Source: Candidatus Hydrogenedentota bacterium
GTDB taxonomy: Bacteria > Hydrogenedentota > Hydrogenedentia > Hydrogenedentales > SLHB01
Direction of reading: 5' to 3'
DNA length: 64,000 nucleotides
Assembly: GCA_045863335.1 (NCBI GenBank)
Contig: BTVY01000033.1
Coordinates: forward strand, 2,094-66,093
The notes beneath the pieces were generated by a model. The model saw only the letters and a list, made by a program, of their open reading frames with translations. It was not told the origin of the DNA and did no database searches. Position 1 is the first letter of the stretch, and each line of letters begins with the position of its first letter. The translations under genes and the position numbers were made by a program. Shown piece by piece: positions 18,268-27,854 of this stretch.

Positions 18268-18632
18268 TCAATCGGACCTTTTGCGGGCACGCATCGGGTG
18301 AGGATTTCGTCAGATATCTCAAGCGTCATTTCCAACGCGATCTGACCAATCGCCTTGCCCTGTGCGTCGATTCGCAGCGAACGGCTGCCACCCCCGGTAA
18401 GGATCTCGTACAACACGAAATTGAGAGTCTGCAATTTCGGCACCTCGTAGCGTTCAACGGAATCGCATCCCATGGGCCGGAAATACGCAGCCATCACGGG
18501 TTCTGTCAGATGTTCAGATAGGAACCGGTATCCCGTTTCTGTGTAGGCAAACACGCCAAGCGTCGCGCTGGAGCCCTTGTCCCCGCTTCGCGCATGGGCG
18601 ATGTCGCCGAGCCGTATGGTGCGCTCACCCAT
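18264..18632 (-). CDS. Small AtuA-associated protein (DUF4387-like)
   Basis: About 120 aa, directly downstream of and 4-bp overlapping the crotonase start region, immediately after the AtuA-like gene. Composition and position match the small partner protein usually paired with AtuA-like proteins. Assignment by context. Confidence 0.55.
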   Translation of the reverse strand: MGERTIRLGDIAHARSGDKGSSATLGVFAYTETGYRFLSEHLTEPVMAAYFRPMGCDSVERYEVPKLQTLNFVLYEILTGGGSRSLRIDAQGKAIGQIALEMTLEISDEILTRCVPAKGPIE

Positions 18633-18669
18633 ATGCCTTGTGTCCTTTCCGGTTCCGCGGCGGCTCATG

Positions 18670-20034
18670 TTATCCCGCTACCACTTCTACCCGCGGTTCG
18701 ACTGCGGTCTTCGGTATCAAACACGGCCAATAGCCAAACACGGGAGTGACCGAAGGCCGTCCGCCGGCGAAGCCTGTAGTCCCTTGGGGTCCGCTGGTGA
18801 CCAGCGGGGCGAGTTCGCGCGTGAATCGTTCGACCGCTTCCTTGCGCGGGTCGGCGACGCTGATGCGCAGGACTGTTTCCAGCAGAGCGGGTTCCGGCAC
18901 CATGCCGGGTGCGCAGGCGCCCGCGCCAAGACACTCGACTTCGAACTGCTCGAAGTCGTAGCCCGCCAGCAGCAACCGTTTCCGCACGATCTCGCCGCAG
19001 CGTTTCGCTTTCAGCAGCGCGTTTCTGCCGAAGATGGTCAAGGTACCGTGTGCCCGGTAGCCGTCGCGGTACGTCGCGCTCACCTTGTACGAGTCCGTCG
19101 GTGAAGAGCCCTCCGCACCGCGTACGCTCACGCGGTTGGACCCGGCATCTTCCAACTCGATATTCAGGAGAGAGACTGTGGCGTCCGGGCTGAGATAACG
19201 TCCGGGGTCGGCGATCTCGTAGAAGAGTTGTTCCTTCACGGTTTCCATGGTGACACATCCGCCGCTTTCCTCAGGTTTGGTCGCGACGAAGGTTCCGTCT
19301 TCGTACAGTTCCACGAAGGGAAAGCCAATGGTCTCTGGGTCAGGCACATCCATCCAGTTTGTCGAAATGCCGCCCGTAAGCTGGGCGCCGCATTCAATGA
19401 CATGCCCCGCGACCAGTGCGCCTGCGATTCGGTTAAAGTCGTTCCAGTCCCAGCCGAAATGAAACGCCGCGGGCCCTACGACGAGACTCGGGTCCGCAAC
19501 CCGGCCCGCGATGACGATGTCGGCGCCGGTCTTCAGGGCCTCGGCTACGGGCCGCGCGCCGAGATATGCGTTTGCCGTGACCAACTGGCCGAGTACGTTT
19601 CCGATGGGCGCCCCAGACTCCAGATTCCGAAAGGAGTCGCCGAAGGGGTCAGCGACGGCGCGAACCTGATCCAATACGCTGTCGCCGTGGACAACAGCGA
19701 TTCGCCGATCTTCGCAGCCCAACTCATGGAGCGCTTCGGCACAGGCCCGGGCACATGCGATGGGATTGAACCCGCCCGCGTTGGTTACCACGCGGCATCG
19801 CGAACCTTCCCGCCAGGCGGGCGCCAGGGAACGCACGACATCCACAAAATCGCTAGCGTAACCGCGCGACGAGTCCCGTTCGTGTTGCATCGCCATTATG
19901 CTGAGCGACACCTCGGCGAGGTAATCCAGCGTCAGGTAGTCGAGGTTTGGCTGTTGTGACAGGAGCGTCGCGGGGGCGTCAGGAGAGTCGCCCCAGAATC
20001 CTTGGGCATTCCCGATTCGTACGCAGTCGCTCAT
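18670..20034 (-). CDS. AtuA-like (acyclic terpene utilisation, DUF1446) family protein
   Basis: MSDCVRIGNAQGFWGDSPDAP N-terminus and NAGGFNPIACARA...VVHGDSVLD...IVIAGRVADPSLVVGPAAFHFGW segments typical of the AtuA family. Start set at the internal ATG (20032-20034) overlapping the carboxyltransferase stop. Confidence 0.75.
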   Translation of the reverse strand: MSDCVRIGNAQGFWGDSPDAPATLLSQQPNLDYLTLDYLAEVSLSIMAMQHERDSSRGYASDFVDVVRSLAPAWREGSRCRVVTNAGGFNPIACARACAEALHELGCEDRRIAVVHGDSVLDQVRAVADPFGDSFRNLESGAPIGNVLGQLVTANAYLGARPVAEALKTGADIVIAGRVADPSLVVGPAAFHFGWDWNDFNRIAGALVAGHVIECGAQLTGGISTNWMDVPDPETIGFPFVELYEDGTFVATKPEESGGCVTMETVKEQLFYEIADPGRYLSPDATVSLLNIELEDAGSNRVSVRGAEGSSPTDSYKVSATYRDGYRAHGTLTIFGRNALLKAKRCGEIVRKRLLLAGYDFEQFEVECLGAGACAPGMVPEPALLETVLRISVADPRKEAVERFTRELAPLVTSGPQGTTGFAGGRPSVTPVFGYWPCLIPKTAVEPRVEVVAG

Positions 20035-21659
20035 GTCTGGAGCACGCCGGTGTGAAACCGGGCCGGTGGCGGCGTACGAGACACCCAGCCCAATGTTTGA
20101 ATCAGCACGTCGCGCGTGGTGTGCGGAGCGATGATGCCGTCCACCCAACCGCGGGCCGCGCCGTAGCGAATATCGGTCTGTTCCACGTATCCCTGCTTTA
20201 CTTTTTCGCGGAGCCGGTCGAGTTCTTCGTGATCGAGGGTGGCGCCGTCGCGCTCCGCGGACTTCTTGAGGATCGTAAATAGAGTGCCCGACGCTTGCTC
20301 TGCCCCCATGACCGCGTAGCGGGCGTTCGGCCACGCGAAGATGAAACGCGGATCGTAGGCCTTTCCGCATAACGCGTAGTTGCCTGCGCCGAAGGAGCCT
20401 CCGAAGACGATCGTAATCTTGGGCACGATGGAGTTGCTTACGGCGCTGACGAGCTTCGCGCCGCTGCGGATAATGCCGGACTGCTCGGCGTCCCGTCCGA
20501 CCATGAAGCCTACCACGTCCTGAAAGAACACGATGGGCAGGCCCTTCTGGTTGCAGTCCATCACAAACCGGGCGGCCTTGTCGGCGCTGTCGGCATAGAT
20601 GACGCCGCCGATTTGAACGCCCTCAGTAGCGGACTCGCAACGTTTACGTTGATTGGCCACGATACCAACCGCCATCCCGCCGATTCTGGCGTAGGCCGTC
20701 ACCAAGGTGCGCCCGTATTCTGACTTGAATTCCAACAGTGAGTCCGCGTCGACAATGCAGGCGAGCAGATCGAGAACGTCGAATTCTTTGCGGCCGTCCG
20801 GGCGGACCAGATCGTACAAGGTCATCGGGTCGCGGGCGGGTTCGCGGATGCCGGAGGGTTCCGTGCCGCCCCAGCGCTCCGCGGGGAGCAGTTCAACCAG
20901 GTTGCGAATTCGCGCAAGGCAGGCCGGATCGTCGGGCTCCCGGAAGTCGATGGTTCCGCTGACTTCCGCGTGCATTTCCGCGCCGCCGAGTTCTTCCGCT
21001 TCGACGACCTGGCCGATGGCCGCCTTGACGAGGGCTGGGCCTGCCAGATACAACCCACTTCCTTCGGTCATCAGCAGCGTGTCGCACAGCACGGGCAGAT
21101 AGGCGCCGCCGGCGATGCAGTTGCCCATGATCGCGGCAATCTGGGGGATACCCGCCGCGGACAGAACCGCGTTGTTGCGGAAGATCCGTCCGAAGTCGTC
21201 TTCGTCGGGGAAGATCTCGTCCTGCATAGGCAGATAGACGCCCGCTGAGTCCACGAGGTAAATGATGGGCAGCGCGCATTCGTACGCGATGCGTTGCATG
21301 CGAAGTAGCTTCTTACACGATTGCGGGAGGAACGCCCCGGCTTTGACGGTCGCGTCATTGGCGATAACCATGCAGGGCCGCTGGTGAATCTCCCCAATCC
21401 CCGCGACGACGCCGGCGGCCGGTATCTCTCCTGCGTCCGGGTACATCTCGAATGCCGCCCACAGGCCCAGCTCAAAAAACGCATCCGGCCGGTCCAGCAA
21501 TTGCGCGACGCGTTCGCGCGCGGTCATGCGGCCCAGGCGCTTCTGCCGTTCCCGCCCGGAGGGTCCGCCGCCTTCACGCAGGGCCGCTTCCTGATCGAGG
21601 ATCTCGTCGGTCAGGCGCCGCAATGGTGAAGAGCGATCGGTCTCAGCGGAAAACGTCAC
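20031..21659 (-). CDS. Acyl-CoA carboxylase carboxyltransferase (beta) subunit
   Basis: 542 aa with tandem carboxyltransferase domains (GGGPSGRERQKRLGRMTARERV...; IMGNCIAGGAYLPVLCDTLLM; ...GVIYADSADKAARFV). Similar to propionyl-/methylcrotonyl-/geranyl-CoA carboxylase beta chains. Confidence 0.85.
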   Translation of the reverse strand: MTFSAETDRSSPLRRLTDEILDQEAALREGGGPSGRERQKRLGRMTARERVAQLLDRPDAFFELGLWAAFEMYPDAGEIPAAGVVAGIGEIHQRPCMVIANDATVKAGAFLPQSCKKLLRMQRIAYECALPIIYLVDSAGVYLPMQDEIFPDEDDFGRIFRNNAVLSAAGIPQIAAIMGNCIAGGAYLPVLCDTLLMTEGSGLYLAGPALVKAAIGQVVEAEELGGAEMHAEVSGTIDFREPDDPACLARIRNLVELLPAERWGGTEPSGIREPARDPMTLYDLVRPDGRKEFDVLDLLACIVDADSLLEFKSEYGRTLVTAYARIGGMAVGIVANQRKRCESATEGVQIGGVIYADSADKAARFVMDCNQKGLPIVFFQDVVGFMVGRDAEQSGIIRSGAKLVSAVSNSIVPKITIVFGGSFGAGNYALCGKAYDPRFIFAWPNARYAVMGAEQASGTLFTILKKSAERDGATLDHEELDRLREKVKQGYVEQTDIRYGAARGWVDGIIAPHTTRDVLIQTLGWVSRTPPPARFHTGVLQT

Positions 21660-21700
21660 GTCATCAAATCCCGGGTTATCCTTGCACGGACCACACTCGA

Positions 21701-23497
21701 TTATGGGGCCGATTGATTCTGATTTCCAGTGTCAGCGGCGGCGCGAGAATATCGATCGGCCACGGCCTCGATCTCGACGTCGTGATTCGACGCGAGGCCC
21801 TTCAGCGCGCGTTCAATCTCGCCGAAGGCGTGTGTGCAGTACAGTTTTCCCGCCGCCAGGTCGCACTCGTACGACTCGCGTTGCGAGGCCGTCGCGTCTA
21901 AACGGCTTATCACCGCCGCGCTCGTGTACAGGGCAATAGCAATCGTCGCGAGCCGGTCGCAGTCCAATTGCCGTTCGACGACGTTTTCCTTGTGACGGAC
22001 GATCTGACGCAACACGGCGAAGCCAAACCGGCGTACATAACGCGCGAGTTGGGTCCCCTCGCGTTGGAGTTTTGGAGAGTCTACGGGAACTGCTGGTCGC
22101 TGAAGTGCGCGGCGCATGAGCGTCGTCCCGAATCGCATGGCGGGTCCCACCGCCGACCAAGGCCGGCTCATGGCGTCGGCGATTCCCTTCAACTGCATGG
22201 CAGGGTCGCGCAACCCGACGACACCGATGAAGGCGCGAAGCACTTCGTTCGATCCTTCGCCGATGGTGTTGAGCCGGGCGTCGCGCATCATCCGCTCGTA
22301 GGGGCGGTCGGTGAAGAAGCTTCGTCCGCCGAAGATCTGCATCGTGTCGTAGCAGATTCTCCATTGGCATTCGCTCGCGAAGACCTTGAGAATCGCGGTC
22401 TCCAACATGAAATCGTCTTCACCGCGATCCAGCAGGCCCGCGGTCAGATACGTGGCGGCGTCCATGGCGTAAGTCAGTGCCGCCATCATCGCCAGTTTTT
22501 CTTTCACGAGACCGAAGGACGCCAGCGGACGCTCGAATTGAAACCGTGAATTCGCGTGCGCGATAGCGTCCGCCAACATGACCTTACAATTGCCGGTGCA
22601 GCCGGCGCCGAAGGTGGTGCGTCCGAAATCCAGGACCGTCAGTGCGACTTTTAGACCGCTCCCCTTGGGGCCCAGAATATTCGCGCTCGGCACCGCCATA
22701 TCGGTGAACTCGAGTTTGGCTGTCTTGGTGCCGCGCATCCCAACCTTTTCGAGCGCTGCGTCCGTTACACGGAAGCCCGGCATATCCGGGGTGACCAGAA
22801 ACGCGGTGACCCGATCCTCCGGTCCCCGCGGGGTCTCGACCTCGGTCTGCGCCATGACCGTCAGGATGCCCGCGATACCCCCGTTCGTAATCCACTGCTT
22901 CTTGCCGTTCAAGACGTAGACGTCGCGGGCGGCATCATAGACGGCGCGTGTCTCGATGCCTGCGGCATCCGAACCCGCGTTCGGTTCGGTCAGGGCGAAC
23001 GCGGCGAGCACTTCGCCACGGGCAAGCGGAGGAAGCCACCGTTCCTGTTGTTCTTTCGTGCCGAACAGGAGCAAGGCCTTCATGCCGATGCTCTGATGCG
23101 CGTTTACGAACAGCGCCGTGGATGCGCAACGCCGCGCGATCTCTTCCACCGTGCGGCAATACCCGAACTGGGATAGGGACAAGCCGCCGAAATCCTTCGG
23201 TATCGTGCTGCCCAGGATTCCCAATCCGCCAAGCCCTTCGATGATCTGATCCGGAATTGATGCTTCCCGGTCAATGGCGACCGGATCGAGCGCTTCGTCT
23301 GCCCAAGTGTTGAGTTGCTGAGTCAGGGTTTCGACGCGCGACCGTTCCGCGTCGTCTGGTAGTGGGAAAGGCATGACTCGGGATGCGTCAAAGACTCCGT
23401 GGTAGAGCGCTTTTGCAAAACTAGGAAGACGCTGGCCCGAGAAGAGCAGCTCTTCCGCCATTCGCATTTGCTTCTCTTGGGTACGATCCATTTGCAT
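21701..23497 (-). CDS. Acyl-CoA dehydrogenase with C-terminal extension
   Basis: ACAD N-terminal, middle and C-terminal domains (TEPNAGSDAAGIETRA..., QIFGGRSFFTDRPYERMMRDARLNTIGEGSNEV) plus a roughly 150-aa C-terminal tail. Start at MQMD (cat 23495-23497). Confidence 0.85.
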   Translation of the reverse strand: MQMDRTQEKQMRMAEELLFSGQRLPSFAKALYHGVFDASRVMPFPLPDDAERSRVETLTQQLNTWADEALDPVAIDREASIPDQIIEGLGGLGILGSTIPKDFGGLSLSQFGYCRTVEEIARRCASTALFVNAHQSIGMKALLLFGTKEQQERWLPPLARGEVLAAFALTEPNAGSDAAGIETRAVYDAARDVYVLNGKKQWITNGGIAGILTVMAQTEVETPRGPEDRVTAFLVTPDMPGFRVTDAALEKVGMRGTKTAKLEFTDMAVPSANILGPKGSGLKVALTVLDFGRTTFGAGCTGNCKVMLADAIAHANSRFQFERPLASFGLVKEKLAMMAALTYAMDAATYLTAGLLDRGEDDFMLETAILKVFASECQWRICYDTMQIFGGRSFFTDRPYERMMRDARLNTIGEGSNEVLRAFIGVVGLRDPAMQLKGIADAMSRPWSAVGPAMRFGTTLMRRALQRPAVPVDSPKLQREGTQLARYVRRFGFAVLRQIVRHKENVVERQLDCDRLATIAIALYTSAAVISRLDATASQRESYECDLAAGKLYCTHAFGEIERALKGLASNHDVEIEAVADRYSRAAADTGNQNQSAP

Positions 23498-23884
23498 GGC
23501 AGATGACCTTTGGCTCCAGAGCGGCTTGCAGTTGCCCGACGCCACGGAACAATACACTCCCAAGGCAAGCGGCTGTCAACCACCGAGAATTCTGCTGTTC
23601 CGATTCTGGGACCCGATCCTGGCGCTCAACACGAACGCGAGCGCCGGGATAGCAGCAAGTCCGAATTCTCGAGCCGCGTTTCGGTTGGTTACCCATCAAG
23701 AGCCGGACTTCGCGCGGGGATTCGTGGGTTGGCGATTGGAATGCAATTACCCGTGGTATAATTGATTTACATGCGGTATTTTTGGTGCAAATAGTCAATC
23801 GCAAGATATGGTAGTGGTTATTTGGAGTGTCATGCTGGGTATACGATAGGCTGAGGTCATTGATGAGAGAGGCACAATATTTTG

Positions 23885-23913
23885 TTGCACAAAATCTGGT
23901 TATTTGCTACAAT
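23885..23913 (+). promoter_or_regulatory. Sigma70-like promoter upstream of ftsK
   Basis: TTGCAC (23885-23890), 17-nt spacer, TACAAT (23908-23913), embedded in an AT-rich island (23760-23970) that contrasts with the roughly 63% GC surroundings. Confidence 0.45.
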
Positions 23914-23972
23914 CGCGATATGTTGAGGCATCCGGCAGTGTTGCGAGCCGACTAAGGGCGAACGGGGACTTC

Positions 23973-26510
23973 ATGGACTATCGAGCACGCAGAAGCGAAA
24001 TTCTTGGCCTCATTCTTATTGCTATCACTATACTGCTTTTTCTTGCTCTAGTCACCGATGGCTATCAAAGCGACGTACGGCGTCCTCTCGACGGGATGTC
24101 AGAGGCCCCGAACGTGCTCGGCAGGCCCGGTGCTACGGTCGCTGGAATTCTAAGCCTGCTCTTGGGCGGCGGCGCGCACTGCCTCTATTTCATCACCGGT
24201 GTGTGGGGTTGCCTCCTGTTGCGTCACCGGCCACTTGACCGGATCGCAAGCCGCATGGGGGGCGCGCTCGTGCTGACCTTCGCCATGTCCGCGCTGCTCC
24301 ATATTGATATGGCCGCCAATGAGGACGGTGATCATTTCGGGGGCATCATTGGCGGGTTCTTTGGCACCTTCTTCCTGGAACAATTTGGCGTAGTCGGCGC
24401 GAACGTGGTGTGCATCACGTTCGTCCTGATTGGAACGCTGCTTTCCACCGAGTTGCTGCTCATTCGCGCACTGGCCAAAGCGCGGGTCGTGACGCTGTGG
24501 TTACTCCACGCGACGTCCGTCGCTTTGTCGCATCTTGGAGCCGCGATCAAGAATACCCGTGGCCGCCGACCCTGGGCGGCGCATCTCGAGCCGGAACCGC
24601 TGAACCTTGAACCGGAAGGCCCGGAACTCCTGGAACAGATTGAAGCAGCCGAATCGGAAGTTTATCCGCGGCTCGAACGGGAGCCTCTAGTTCCACAGCA
24701 GTTGCCGCTGAGTTCTGGATACGATAACGCGGAGCCGCCTTCGCCGTTCCGAGACGACTCGCCGATCCGCATTCACACCGGGTTGCGGAATACCGCGCCG
24801 TTCGACGAGGACGACACACTCGAGTCGTTGACCGAGCCGGCGGACGAAGCGGAAGAGCGCGACGATCCGGCGGCGCGGCTGGCCGAAGCCGAGGCGCAGG
24901 CCTTGGAACATATTGCCAAGGAGGGTTCGCTGCGAGCGACGCCCAACTTGCCCGCGCGTGCGAAGTCGGCTCCTTTGCCACGCCGCAAGACGATTGAAGA
25001 CGAATTGCCGGAGAATTATGTCTATCCGAAGCGATATATGCGGCCATCCCTCGACCTTTTCGACCCGGCCGACGAGCCTGAGGTAGAGGATTGGAGCGAA
25101 CATCTGCTCGCCACGAGCGCGTTGTTGGAAGACACGCTCAAGACCTTCGGCATTGAAGCCCGGGTAACGGACGTGACACGGGGTCCGACAATTACCCGGT
25201 ATGAACTCGAGCCTGCGCCCGGCATCAAGGTCAGCCGTTTCGCATCGCTTGCCGACGACATCGCGCTCGCCTTGAAAGCCCATCGCGTTCGCGTGGAGGC
25301 GCCGATTCCCGGTAAAGGGCGCGTCGGCATCGAGGTACCCAACAAGTACCGCGAGTCGGTGGTGATTCGCGAGCTGCTGGAGTCGCGCACGTTTTCCCGC
25401 TCCAAGATGTGTCTTCCGCTTACGCTGGGCAAGGACATCGCGGGCGATGTGATGGTGGCCGATTTGGCGACCATGCCGCACCTACTCGTCGCCGGGGCGA
25501 CTGGTGCGGGAAAGACGGTCTGTGTGAAGACGCTTCTCGCGAGCCTCCTGTGCTCGCGCACTCCCGATGAGTTGCAGTTGATGTTGATCGACCCGAAGAT
25601 GGTCGAGCTGTCAATCTTCAACGATATCCCGCACCTGATCACGCCTGTCGTAATCGACCCGAAAAAAGCCGCGTCGGCCCTCAATTGGCTCATCGTCGAG
25701 ATGGAGGAACGCTACCGGCTCTTCGCGCATCTGCGCGTGCGCAACATTGAAGTCTACAATCAGAGCGTGGAAAACGGCGAGATCGAAATGGTCGCCGAGG
25801 ATGGAGAAGAAGGGGAAGAGAATAGCGAGTCCGTCGATGCCATTCGCAAGCTCCCCTATATCGTCTGCATCATCGACGAGTTGGCCGATCTCATGATGCT
25901 CGCGCGGGCGGAAGTCGAAGACGCGATCGCGAGGCTGGCGCAGTTGGCTCGCGCAGTAGGTATCCATCTCGTGATCGCCACGCAGCGCCCGTCCGTGGAC
26001 GTGTTGACGGGCGTTATCAAGGCCAATTTCCCCTGCCGGATTTCCTTCCAGGTGTCCTCGCGCGTCGATAGCCGCTGCATTTTGGACGAAATCGGCGCGG
26101 AACGCCTGATCGGCAAGGGCGACATGCTGTATCTGCCGGCCGGTCAATCGAAACCCAACCGGATCCAGGGGGCCTTCGTCAGCGACGGCGAAATGAACGG
26201 GCTGATTGCGTACCTGAAAACTCAGGCGCCACCGCAGTATCGCGATGAAATCGCGAATTTCGGGAAATCCAAAGATTCTCTGGAAGAAATAGGGGATCAA
26301 GACGACGATTTGTTCGACGATGCCGTACGGGTTGTGTTGGAAACTGGGCAGGCATCAATTTCTATGGTGCAAAGACGGCTCCGAGTAGGGTATACTAGAG
26401 CTGCGCGATTGATAGACATGATGGAAATGCGGGGAATCGTGGGACCACATAGCGGGAGTAAGGCACGAGAAATTCTTGTCAGTGTCGCTCCGAACGACGA
26501 GGTTGCATGA
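23973..26510 (+). CDS. ftsK: DNA translocase FtsK/SpoIIIE
   Basis: N-terminal TM helices, Pro/Glu-rich linker, motor domain with Walker A VAGATGAGKTVCV and C-terminal gamma winged-helix (ISMVQRRLRVGYTRAARLIDMMEMRGIVG). ATG at 23973 preferred over the TTG-initiated track ORF at 23904. Confidence 0.9.
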   Translation: MDYRARRSEILGLILIAITILLFLALVTDGYQSDVRRPLDGMSEAPNVLGRPGATVAGILSLLLGGGAHCLYFITGVWGCLLLRHRPLDRIASRMGGALVLTFAMSALLHIDMAANEDGDHFGGIIGGFFGTFFLEQFGVVGANVVCITFVLIGTLLSTELLLIRALAKARVVTLWLLHATSVALSHLGAAIKNTRGRRPWAAHLEPEPLNLEPEGPELLEQIEAAESEVYPRLEREPLVPQQLPLSSGYDNAEPPSPFRDDSPIRIHTGLRNTAPFDEDDTLESLTEPADEAEERDDPAARLAEAEAQALEHIAKEGSLRATPNLPARAKSAPLPRRKTIEDELPENYVYPKRYMRPSLDLFDPADEPEVEDWSEHLLATSALLEDTLKTFGIEARVTDVTRGPTITRYELEPAPGIKVSRFASLADDIALALKAHRVRVEAPIPGKGRVGIEVPNKYRESVVIRELLESRTFSRSKMCLPLTLGKDIAGDVMVADLATMPHLLVAGATGAGKTVCVKTLLASLLCSRTPDELQLMLIDPKMVELSIFNDIPHLITPVVIDPKKAASALNWLIVEMEERYRLFAHLRVRNIEVYNQSVENGEIEMVAEDGEEGEENSESVDAIRKLPYIVCIIDELADLMMLARAEVEDAIARLAQLARAVGIHLVIATQRPSVDVLTGVIKANFPCRISFQVSSRVDSRCILDEIGAERLIGKGDMLYLPAGQSKPNRIQGAFVSDGEMNGLIAYLKTQAPPQYRDEIANFGKSKDSLEEIGDQDDDLFDDAVRVVLETGQASISMVQRRLRVGYTRAARLIDMMEMRGIVGPHSGSKAREILVSVAPNDEVA

Positions 26511-26971
26511 ACGAGTCGACCTTTCCCGGATCAGAGCTACGCGCGCGCCGAGAGGAGTTGGGGTATTCCGTAGACGACGTCTACCGGAAGATCCGAGTGC
26601 CCATCCATGTCATCCAGTCCTTGGAGACGGGAGATGTGCACGGGTTGCCGTCGGCGTGCTATACTGTAGGGTTTTTAAAGACGTACTGCCAATTTCTTGG
26701 AATTGGCCCCAATCGGTTTGTCGATACGTATCAGGCTTGCATACGGCCCACGACCCGGTTTCTGCGCCGGACGCCGGCGCCGGTCAAGAGTGCGCCGCGT
26801 CCCAAGTGGGTAAGCGAACTTGTTGCGTGGGGGACAGTGTGCCTGGTGCTGGGGCTATGCTGGTTCGCCTATGCCGTGGTGGTCCGGCCGAACTCGAACC
26901 CGGCGGACCAGCGGGCGCTCGCCGGCACGACCGAGGAGCTTCACGTTCCAGAAACGGTCGCCTCCGAGTAA
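26507..26971 (+). CDS. RodZ-like helix-turn-helix membrane protein (short form)
   Basis: N-terminal XRE-type HTH (LRARREELGYSVDDVYRKIRVPIHVIQSLETGDVHGLPSACYTVGFLKTYCQFLGI matches the RodZ N-terminal signature ending in the YA/CxxLG segment), then one TM helix. ATGA overlap with the ftsK stop. Confidence 0.6.
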   Translation: MNESTFPGSELRARREELGYSVDDVYRKIRVPIHVIQSLETGDVHGLPSACYTVGFLKTYCQFLGIGPNRFVDTYQACIRPTTRFLRRTPAPVKSAPRPKWVSELVAWGTVCLVLGLCWFAYAVVVRPNSNPADQRALAGTTEELHVPETVASE

Positions 26972-27239
26972 CGGTCAGGACCTCTGGGCATGCGTAAGGG
27001 TGCGCCGGGCCGTTCCCACTCCATCAGTCTCCTCTTTCAATCCGGCGTAGTCTCCTGACGCTTTCCGTTTACGTAACCGACATGCAACCCACTCGCGCAT
27101 CTGGTATGATCGAGTTTGCGTTTGGTGTTTTACCAAGTGCGGCTCTTCCGTGTGAGTTCAGGAATCGGGAGTAGACCCCATCGTTACGCAAGCAACAGAG
27201 CAAACGGGTGCGACCGGTCACGCGCGTCGCGCGCTGAAC

Positions 27240-27854
27240 TTGCCCAATCAGCTCACTCTCGCGCGCGTGGTCATGGTTCCGATCTTCGTCGCCCTCTTGT
27301 CGTATCACCATTGGGTCGCGTTCGCGATTGGATATCTCGTATTTGCCGCGGCCGCGATCACCGATTACTACGATGGGAAAATCGCCCGCGCGCGAAACCT
27401 CGTGACCAACTTCGGAAAGTTGCTCGATCCCGTGGCCGACAAGGTCCTGCTCGCCGCCGGATTCGTCATGATGATGACGATCCCCTCGGCGGCGTCTCCG
27501 GACGGACCGGCGCTTCATATCCCCGGATGGACGGTTGTTGCCATCCTCGCCCGGGAGTTCGTGGTGACCGGTGTCCGGTCACTGTCGGCAAGTGAAGGCG
27601 TGGTGATTGCCGCGAACAATTACGGCAAAGCGAAGGCCGTGATTCAGATGGTGTACGTGTTCGTGTTCCTTTTTTTCACCGTCGCGGAACATGCGGTTGT
27701 CGCCTGGTCGCCGGCGTCAGCTTCAACGTACCACAGCTACTTGTACGCGATTTCATACTGGGCCATCGTTGCCGTGGCCACGTACACCGTGTATTCCGGC
27801 GCCCAGTTTCTTCGCGCCAACTGGAAGCAATTGCATTTGGGAAGTTCCGCATGA
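27240..27854 (+). CDS. CDP-alcohol phosphatidyltransferase family protein (second PgsA-like paralog)
   Basis: PNQLTLARVVMVPIFV...ITDYYDGKIARARNLVTNFGKLLDPVADK (DGxxAR...G...DPxADK). TTG start inferred because no ATG/GTG lies in-frame between the upstream stop (27153) and the conserved N-terminus. Confidence 0.75.
   Translation: MPNQLTLARVVMVPIFVALLSYHHWVAFAIGYLVFAAAAITDYYDGKIARARNLVTNFGKLLDPVADKVLLAAGFVMMMTIPSAASPDGPALHIPGWTVVAILAREFVVTGVRSLSASEGVVIAANNYGKAKAVIQMVYVFVFLFFTVAEHAVVAWSPASASTYHSYLYAISYWAIVAVATYTVYSGAQFLRANWKQLHLGSSA

Noticed and set aside
23904-23972. TTG-initiated N-terminal extension of ftsK
   Set aside because: It would begin inside the -10 element of the best promoter candidate. 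ATG 23973 (MDYRARRSEIL...) gives a conventional FtsK N-terminus followed by TM helices.
26972-27239. Possible small RNA or promoter in the 270-bp gap before pgsA2 (TATGAT at about 27095)
   Set aside because: Only an isolated -10-like hexamer without a convincing -35 or terminator. Insufficient evidence to call a feature.
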